Positions 55,869 through 64,000 of a DNA stretch of 64,000 nt are shown here, in pieces. Positions within the stretch are counted from its first letter, which is position 1; each line of letters begins with the position of its first letter. Source of the stretch: Bugula neritina (Eukaryota > Animalia > Bryozoa); the NCBI GenBank assembly GCA_964035545.1, contig OZ037772.1, positions 2,294,001-2,358,000 on the forward strand, read 5' to 3'. Below the pieces are notes generated by a model, which saw only the letters and a list, made by a program, of their open reading frames with translations, did not search any database and was not told where the DNA came from. The position numbers and the translations under genes are program-made.

Positions 55869-56739
55869 ATAAACTGTGAAACACCTAGGCGTGGCTAACT
55901 GAGAATACAGGGCAAGGAACTCAAGCTAGATTTCCAAATCTTTCAGAGGAAACAACTCCCACATAAGCAGTGAGCCCCACAAAGATACTATTCACCAACC
56001 TTGGTTCTTGCAGGTCAGGATAACCAGGAGCACCAACTGGTCCGAGGAATCTCTAGAGCCCAGTCGACCGGCTCTCTCCCATTGGACATTGAGGTCCGGG
56101 TTTTCCAGCATCTCCTACAGCACAGGGCAATCCCGTTTTCCCTCGTCTCCTCTGAAGCCCTGCAGAACAGAACAGAGTAGCCAATAGCATCCCTACTCTG
56201 ATATTGTAAAGCTAATCACATTGCTACACTGATATTGTTAAGCCAATCAAATCCCTGCTCTGGTATTGTTAAGCCAATCACATTGCTGCTCTAATATTGT
56301 CAATATTCTTATTACAAGATTCAGGCAATAATAAACTGTACAATGTGAAACAATAATTTATTTTAACTTATTACTGAAATAAAGTTTACTTCTAGTAAAA
56401 ATATGGTGGATAATACATAGACAATGAACAATAAAAGTATGGGTTTCAGAATAGTTTGTAAAATACCTGCTATGATAGAGACATGTATGCAGTATCTAAC
56501 CTGGTTGGATGTACACTCAGAGTCACTTTTACACGTCAGTGTGCACACCTCGTTAACACAGATCTGATTGGGTAGACATTCTTGATGAGTCTTACACGTG
56601 AGTAGAGTGAGTCCATCTGATGGAACTATACTTTGTACAGTAGACTGTAGAAAGATATCATATACCAGTATCAAAACACAGTCAGGGTCTCAGTTGGTAG
56701 CTTCACTAAATATCTGATCGATATTTACCTACCTGTTTA

Positions 56740-56810
56740 TCTGTCTGTCTGTCCAGTCAGTCAGTCAGTCAGTCAGTCAGTCAGTCAGTCAGTCAGTCAG
56801 TCAGTCAGTT
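56740..56810 (+). repeat. (CAGT)n microsatellite
   Basis: Direct tetranucleotide run. Confidence 0.95.
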
Positions 56811-57059
56811 CATCTGTCATTCTGCTTATATATGGTAATGGTAAAACTTATACTAAGCAAAACCTATACCTCTGATCCAAGTTGTCTCCACTCTCTTCCA
56901 ACACTGCCGCAAGCTGACCACTCGTACTGTAGGAGACATATGAGTCATTACTCAAGTCACTAGCAGGATATATAGACACCACTTTGGTTGTGGCTGCAAG
57001 AGATGTAGAATAACTTGTTAAGCAACTAACAGTGCAAGTTATTATGACTAGCAAACTGT

Positions 57060-58224
57060 TACTGTAACTATACTAACAGAGTAACTATACTAACAGAGTA
57101 ACTGTACTAACAGAGTAACTGTACTAACAGAGTAACTATACTAACAGAGTAACTATACTAACAGAGTAACTATACTAACTGAGTAATTATACTAACAGAG
57201 TAACTATACTAACAGAGTAACTATACTAACAGAGTAACTATACTAACAGAGTAACTATACTAACAGAGTAACTGTACTAACATAGTAACTATACTAACAG
57301 AGTAACTATACTAACAGAGTAACTAAACTAACAGAGTAACTAAACTAACAGAGTAACTGTACTAACAGAGTAACTATACTAACAGAGTAACTATACTAAC
57401 AGAGTAACTGTACTAACAGAGTAACTATACTTACAGAGTAACTATACTAACAGAGTAACTATAGTAACAGAGTAACTATACTAACAGAGTAACTATACTA
57501 ACAAAGTAACTATACTAACAGAGTAACTATACTAACAGAGTAACTATACTAACAGAGTAATTATACTAACAGAGTAACTGTACTAACAGAGTAACTATAC
57601 AAACAGAGTAACTATACTAACAGAGTAACTATACTAACAGAGTAATTATACTAACAGAGTAACTGTACTAACAGAGTAACTATACAAACAAAGTAACTAT
57701 ACTAACAGAGTAACTATACTAACAGAGTAACTGTGCTAACAGAGTAATTATACTAACAGAGTAATTATACTAACAGAGTAACTGTACTAACAGAGTAACT
57801 GTGCTAACAGAGTAATTATACTAACAGAGTAATTATACTAACAGAGTAATTATACTAACAGAGTAACTATACTAACAGAGTAACTGTACTAACAGAGTAA
57901 CTGTACTAACAGAGTAACTATACTAACAGAGTAACTATACTAACAGAGTAACTATACTAACAGAGTAACTGTACTAACAGAGTAACTATACTAACAGAGT
58001 AACTGTACTAACAGAGTAACTATACTAACAGAGTAACTATACTAACAGAGTAACTGTACTAACAGAGTAACTGTACTAACAGAGTAACTGTACTAACAGA
58101 GTAACTATACTAACAGAGTAACTATACTAACAGAGTAACTATACTAACAGAGTAACTGTACTAACAGAGTAATTATACTAAAAGAGTAACTATACTAACA
58201 GAGTAACTGTACTAACAGAGTAAC
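57060..58224 (+). repeat. 17-bp minisatellite (~68 units) starting at a minus-strand splice donor
   Basis: Unit AGTAACTATACTAACAG; abuts GATG|GTAAGT at ~58228. Confidence 0.95.
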
Positions 58225-59254
58225 TTACCATCATCCTGTAGATCCAGTCGATCATCAAAGAGTCTGTCTTGCTCAGAAAGATTTGGATTGTTGAGAGGAT
58301 AAAGCTGATAGCATATGTTGGATATGCATTCAGTAAACTCAGATCCACATTGTTCATCTTTAGTACAGTCTATTAATAGAAACAAAACTCTATAAATAGC
58401 GAACTAGTCACTAAATAACCTCACATATCTCACATACACAACATATCTCTACTTCTTTGCTATTTTTGATAATTGACTCACAGTATAAGTGATATCAGTT
58501 AGTCATGACTCACAGTATAAGTGATTTCAGTTATTCATGACTCACAGTATAAGTTACAGCAGCTACTTGGTCTCACAGTGTAAATTATAGTAGGTAGTCA
58601 TAACTCATAGTATAAAATTCATCAATAACTCGTAGTATAAGTCATAGCGACTAGTCACCTGACAGCCCTCTTTACAGACACCGTGGTGACGGATTTGTCC
58701 ATCACTAGGACAGGCTGTGTTGTCAGTACACGGGTAGAAGCACCTGCAAAAAATGCTGATAATTACACCAAGTGTGATGCCTCGTTTCTACTGAAAAATC
58801 GCAAACAAAATATATAGAAAATAAAGCAAATTCAGCTTTAATTTTACACTCTGTTACATAAATACATTACAAAAATCATTCAAAAATCCTGGCCAGCACA
58901 GATATAAGTACAACAGAAAGCAACACTTATAAACTCTAAAAGAGTTTAAAACAAAGATTTCGCATTCAAACCTGAAGAACATTCTACTAGTTCTGAGTGA
59001 TAAAGATCCTAGACAACAGTTCGGTCATCTGGTGAGGCCTGCTGATAACATCTTTTCTCCAAACAGATCTGCAGCTTCCCACAGTCTCTGTCAAGGTCAC
59101 ATACCCCAACACAGGCACCACACTCGCAGGTGAAGGCACACGCACAGTTCTCAGGGTCTGAAGAGTTCAACATAAACTATAAACTATACTGATGATTAGT
59201 CAGTTTAGTTGCGTCAGAGTTGAGATGTGCTGGAGGGTAGTTGTTGAATACTAG

Positions 59255-60820
59255 CAGTATAAACTAGTAATATAACTTGGTGACATAAACTAGTAATATA
59301 ACTTGGTGATATAAACTAGTAATATAACTTGGCAAAATAAACTAGTAATATAATTTGGTAATATAAACTAGTAATATAACTTGGTAATATAAACTAGTAA
59401 TATAACTTGGTAACATAAACTGGTAATATAACTTGGTAACATAAACTAGTAATATAACTTGGTAACATAAACTAGTAAGATAACTTGGTGATATAAACTA
59501 GTAATATAACTTGGTGATATAAACTAGTAATATAACTTGGTAATATAAACTAGTAATATAACTTGGTAATATAAACTAGTAATATAACTTGGTAGTATAA
59601 CTTGGTAATATAAACTAGTAATATAACTTGGTAACATAAACTAGTAATATAACTTGGTAATATAAACTAGTAATATAACTTGGTAATATAAACTAGTAAT
59701 ATAACTTGGTAATATAAACTAGTAATATAACTTGGTAACATAAACTAGTAATATAACTTGGTAACATAAACTAGTAATATAACTTGGCAACATAAACTAG
59801 TAATATAACTTGGTAATATAAACTAGTAATATAACTTGGTAACATAAACTAGTAATATAACTTGGTAATATAAACTAGTAATATAACTTGGTAATATAAA
59901 CTAGTAATATAACTTGGTAATATAAACTAGTAATATAACTTGGTAATATAAACCAGTAATATAACTTGGTAACATAAACTAACAATATAACTTGGTAATA
60001 TAAACTAGTAATATAACTTGGTAATATAAACTAGTAATATAACTTGGTAAAATAAACTAGTAATATAACTTGGTAACATAAACTAGTAATATAACTTGGT
60101 AATATAAACTAGTAATATAACTTGGTAATATAAACTAGTAATATAACTTGGTAATATAAACCAGTAACATAACTTGGTAACATAAACTAACAATATAACT
60201 TGGTAATATAAACTAGTAATATAACTTGGTAACATAAACTAGTAATATAACTTGGTAACATAAACTAGTAATATAACTTGGTAACATAAACTAGTAATAT
60301 AATTTCGTAACATAAACTAGTAATATAACTTGGTAACATAAACTACTAATATAACTTCGTAACATAAACTAGTAATATAACTTGGTAGTATAACTTGGTA
60401 ATATAAACTAGTAATACAACTTGGTAGCATCAACTAGTAATATAACTTGGTAACATAAACTGGTAATATAACTTGGTAATATAAACTGGTAATATTACTT
60501 GGTAATATAAACTAGTAATATAACTTGGTAACATAAACTAGTAATATAACTTGGTAACATAAACTAGTAATATAACTTGGTAACATAAACTAGTAATATA
60601 ACTTGGTAACATAAACTAGTAATATAACTTCGTAACATAAACTAGTAATATAGCTTGGTGATATAAACTGGTAATATAACTTGGTAATATAACTTGGTAA
60701 TATAAACTAGTAATTTAATTTGGTAACATAAACTAGTGATATAACTTGGTAACATAAACTAGTAATATAACTTGGTAATATAAACTAGTAATATAACTTG
60801 GTAATATAAACTAGTAATTT
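59255..60820 (+). repeat. 26-bp minisatellite (~60 units), a dimer of 13-mers
   Basis: Unit TAAACTAGTAATA-TAACTTGGTAAYA. Confidence 0.95.
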
Positions 60821-60829
60821 AATTAAATT

Positions 60830-62172
60830 AATAAGTAAATAAATAAATAGTGTTACTAGACAAAGACAGACAAGATTTAGTCGAATAAATAAATTAATAA
60901 GTAAATAAATAAATAAATAGTGTTACTAGACTAAGACAGACAGAGTTAGACAATGAATTAGTAAACTGCCAAGTTGGTTAATATGATTACAATAATATAA
61001 CCTACCCAGTGAGCCCACTCCCTCAACACCTCCAACTACCCACAGTCAGAAACAACCGCAGGGATCAAAAATTCACAGACGGAAAACGATCTCTGTAACC
61101 CAGTACAATCTCTAGACCACAAAAATCTCAAACCAGCAGGCTGTGAATTCTGTGATTATGCTTTTCTTTGGCTCCACTCTTTTAGCACTACCGACGGTAG
61201 CACAAGTCAAAGGAGGTGTAACGGTATGGAACTTCTCTATTATTCAATATTTTATTCTAGTTACAGTTAGTCATAGTCATACTGGTCAAGTTTCACAACT
61301 TGAAGATAGACCAAAAAAATTGAAAGCATATATGTCTATTAGTGTGCAACTTGAAATGTAACTTAGAGAAAAAAGAGAAACAGTTAATTTTACGCATGGT
61401 CTTCAATTAGCAATGCAAAATAAAATCAAATACTAATACAGTTATAGTTATACTCATACCTTAATAGTTATAGTAATAACCATCTTCATAATCATAATCA
61501 TAATGATCATACTACTACTACTACTAATAGCACTACTGCTACTACTAGTGGTAGTATTAGTATTAGTATTACTCTAATACTATTACTATTAGTAGTTAGT
61601 ACTGTGATTATTAGTACTAGTAGTAGTAGTACTACTAGTACTAGTACTACTAGTAGTAGTACTAGTACTAGCTTAAATTATCTAGCAATAATCTGGCAAA
61701 GACTATCACTATGACTATGAGTATCAGACTCAGTATGAGATTGAGTATGGGATTGAGTATCACTATCAGTATGAGTATGTACTATGACTATGAGTATGTT
61801 ATCTGTCTAAGACTAAGAGTAAGAGTAAGACGAAGTGCAAGTGTTACAATAAATAAATAATACTTATTCAGATTGAGATTATTCTACATAGTCAAAATTG
61901 AATATCCTACATTATTTATTTCATAATATTGATTGAATTAAGAACATTTATAATTGTATCGCGATAGCCCTGATGGCTGATACAGACATAAAATGGAAGC
62001 AAATATTACTTCTCAGCAGTTTGAAAGAAATCAACTAAAATACGCCTGAAATCAATACGGCGACGCTTATCGTACTTCCAGCTTTGCGGTCAAGTTAAAA
62101 GTTGTAGTGTGCTGGTTTACATGAGTACTCTTAGCGAGTCAATATCGATCATTAAATTCTATCTAGCCTTGC
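60830..62172. repeat. Dispersed repeat, copy 2 (paralogue of 1340-3324), with a duplicated ~60-bp head
   Basis: Colinear with copy 1 and lacks the Harbinger MITE. Confidence 0.9.
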
Positions 62173-62494
62173 CAGTGTGGTATATTTAAGAGTGTTGACT
62201 TTAAACCATAAAAAATCATTATGTCGCTAAGGGTACCGCGAGTTTATATAAGTTATAAAGGAAAAATTTTGCCACTTTTGTGATTTTATTTTTTTTTTAT
62301 ATTATGTGTTCACTTTTTTTAGTTTTGTTTATTGGTAAAGTTTTTAAACATATTTTCAATACATATAAAATCTTAAAAAAAATTAAAACCTAATCATGCA
62401 CGTAAATACAAAGCTATAGAGTTTAAGCTTCGCTGTGATTACAATGTGAATATGAATTGAATAATGCTTGCAATAACCATTTTACACAAAATAC
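62173..62494 (+). mobile_element. Left arm of the same hAT foldback family as 5518-7259, interrupted by an LTR element
   Basis: CAGTGTGGTATATTTAAGAGTGTTG...; colinear with 5518-5836. Confidence 0.9.
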
Positions 62495-64000
62495 TGTTAT
62501 GTTTTTCAGATTTAGGGTCGATGTGCAACCAAGAGAGTCTATTTATCACTAGAGAAACTTCACCGAGATAAGTCGAGTAGATATCGTTATATTTTAATAC
62601 AAGAACACATAATAAAAATCTAATATACAACAGTTATAATGCACACGTCTAATTAATTTACAGCACTGTCCTCAACTGAGCTAGTAGCGCGAAGCTGCTA
62701 CTATTACTCATAACAGCCTAGCTAATTGGCTAATACATTGTTCCGGGTCAATACGCAACCTTGCGTATAGTGTTGCTGGTAGCTCCACGAGCCATCACAC
62801 TGCCCCCTCCAGCAGAAAGCCCTCTTTCTGATAAAAATATAATTCACATAAAAATGTATACTTCGTTGTGGAGAGAGAGAACAGTATAAAAGTATATACA
62901 AAAAAACAACCGATAAAATATACAGGTATATATATAAAACGTGCACAATGTGTAATATGTAAGAAAAGGTCCTATTTACATGTAGAGTATGTGCCACCAT
63001 AACGGTAGGGAATGCCACAGAGAGGTAGGGGAAGAGTAGTATGGAGTTGGAGATAGACTCATGTTAACTGCGGGCCGCACGCTTCATGCTCTTAATAGAC
63101 TCCTGTAGATATTTGAGTTCACTGGATGCAGCCTGCACCCGCGGGGCCAGTCTGTACACTTCTTGCTCTAGGTCGTGTGCCCTAGCTTCTACTTCACGTA
63201 GGTTGCGGGCCAGGGGGGACGAACGAGAGGAAGTCTGCTGTCTGTGTCTTTTCCGTTCTGAGGATGGAAGGGGAGGAGGGAGTGTATACGCCTTCGTGTC
63301 TACCCTCTGTAGTACGACACGGGGGAAGGTATGCGGGTGGCGTAGATGACTGTGAGGTGGAGAGTTAGTTGACTGTATAGGTTTATCTGCGGCTCCAGAG
63401 ATGATGGGTCGCGGGGAAGGAAAGCCTTGCTCCAGGCGAGATAGCCGAGCTGCGTCAGTGATGAGGGGTTTGATGGCGTTGAGAAATGCGGGATATGATG
63501 ATTCGTCTACTTCATAGACGTGTCCTTGATAACACTGCATAGTGCGTTGGTGACGCAGTAGGTAATCACGATTGTAACTATTTTCTCCGCAGGGGCAGAA
63601 CGTGGTGATGTAATGCTGCGGCAAGTGTACTTTCAGCCTGCGGTGGGTTGTAAATCAATGCTGGCAGAGGTTGCATTCGCGGTTACCATCACCTCCTTGA
63701 TGAGTCTTAATCTCTCTCTCTGTGGCAGGGGTAATCCAGTTGGAGGTTGCTTCCAACTGGGGTGGCAGTTGTCTGGTTGTAGAAGTTGTTGGGGCCGGCT
63801 CTGGGTCCCACGCCATCTCTAGAGAAGGCATGCCCGGGGAGACGGGCGCGAGTGTGTCTACAAAAGTAGAATTATTGTTAGATCGCGGTGGATCTTTACA
63901 ACATAATTCTAGTGACTGTCGACTGTTACTAGCCTGAGAGTCACAGCTTTTGGAATGCACTCGAGGAACCGATGAATCATGTGTGGACTGACCAAGAACA
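62495..64000 (-). mobile_element. LTR retrotransposon 3' end: 305-bp 3' LTR (62495-62799), PPT (62800-62810) and internal region running off the window
   Basis: Minus strand GGAGGGGGCAG (PPT) is immediately followed by TGTGATG...CATAACA (TG...CA, 6/7-bp terminal inverted repeat); the left end falls exactly where hAT homology stops. Confidence 0.75.
63064..63960 (-). pseudogene. LTR-element accessory ORF: C2H2 zinc finger + atypical second finger + C-terminal coiled coil, interrupted by one TGA
   Basis: ORFs 63655-63960 and 63064-63624 are in the same frame: ECNLCQH*FTTHRRLKVHLPQH (C-x2-C-x3-F-x5-L-x2-H-x3-H), FCPCGENSYNRDYLLRHQRTMQC, LREVEARAHDLEQEVYRL...LQESIKSM. Confidence 0.7.

Larger units (their letters stand above)
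54385..59157 (-). pseudogene. Decayed fibrillar-collagen-like gene: N-terminal Cys-rich repeat exons, remnants of Gly-X-Y exons and the last COLFI exon
   Basis: Cys exons ~59157-58975 (CDLDRDCGKLQICLEKRC, in-frame TAG), ~58743-58659 (frameshifted), ~58369-58229, ~56645-56502 (CKTHQECLPNQICVNEVCTLTCKSDSEC). Collagen exons ~56159-56000 (frameshifted GFRGDEG...GPVGAPGYP) and 55292-55224 (GRDGVPGP..IGYQGKQGDQGPAG). Last exon 54533-54385 TVTEIDTKTPTHLPIIDIAPGDIRTTHKEFGVQLGEVCLS*, matching the COLFI C-terminus. Confidence 0.75.

Noticed and set aside
57060-60820. CRISPR-like arrays (any of the tandem arrays)
   Set aside because: Units are head-to-tail with no unique spacers, there are no cas genes, and the context is eukaryotic.

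Overview
AT-rich, intron-containing metazoan (invertebrate-like) genomic DNA, not prokaryotic; most listed ORFs are artefacts of micro- and minisatellites. Host genes: a spliced C6orf136/DUF2358 homologue (+, ~9.6-12.9 kb) whose introns are filled with minisatellites, several anchored on splice sites; an unknown 5-exon Cys-containing gene (+, 14.2-15.9 kb); a 7-exon TRIM gene (RING-Bbox-Bbox-coiled coil-beta-propeller; -, 44.6-51.7 kb) with one premature TAG; a decayed fibrillar-collagen-like gene (-, 54.4-59.2 kb); and an intronless SPOP pseudogene. Mobile DNA: a CR1/Jockey-group LINE with a PHD ORF1, a Harbinger-type MITE (TTA TSD, empty site visible at 60.9 kb), two hAT elements with 8-bp TSDs, an AcademX element turned into a 5.1-kb palindrome carrying two 3' ends, an intact Rex1/Babar LINE, Gypsy, CACTA-like, hAT-Charlie and Penelope remnants, a tRNA-type SINE head, and an LTR-element 3' end with a C2H2 zinc-finger accessory ORF. 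The most notable observation is tandem arrays of splice acceptors with frame-specific consequences in the C6orf136 gene. All gene models were assembled by eye from splice signals, intron phase and remembered protein motifs; no database search was run.
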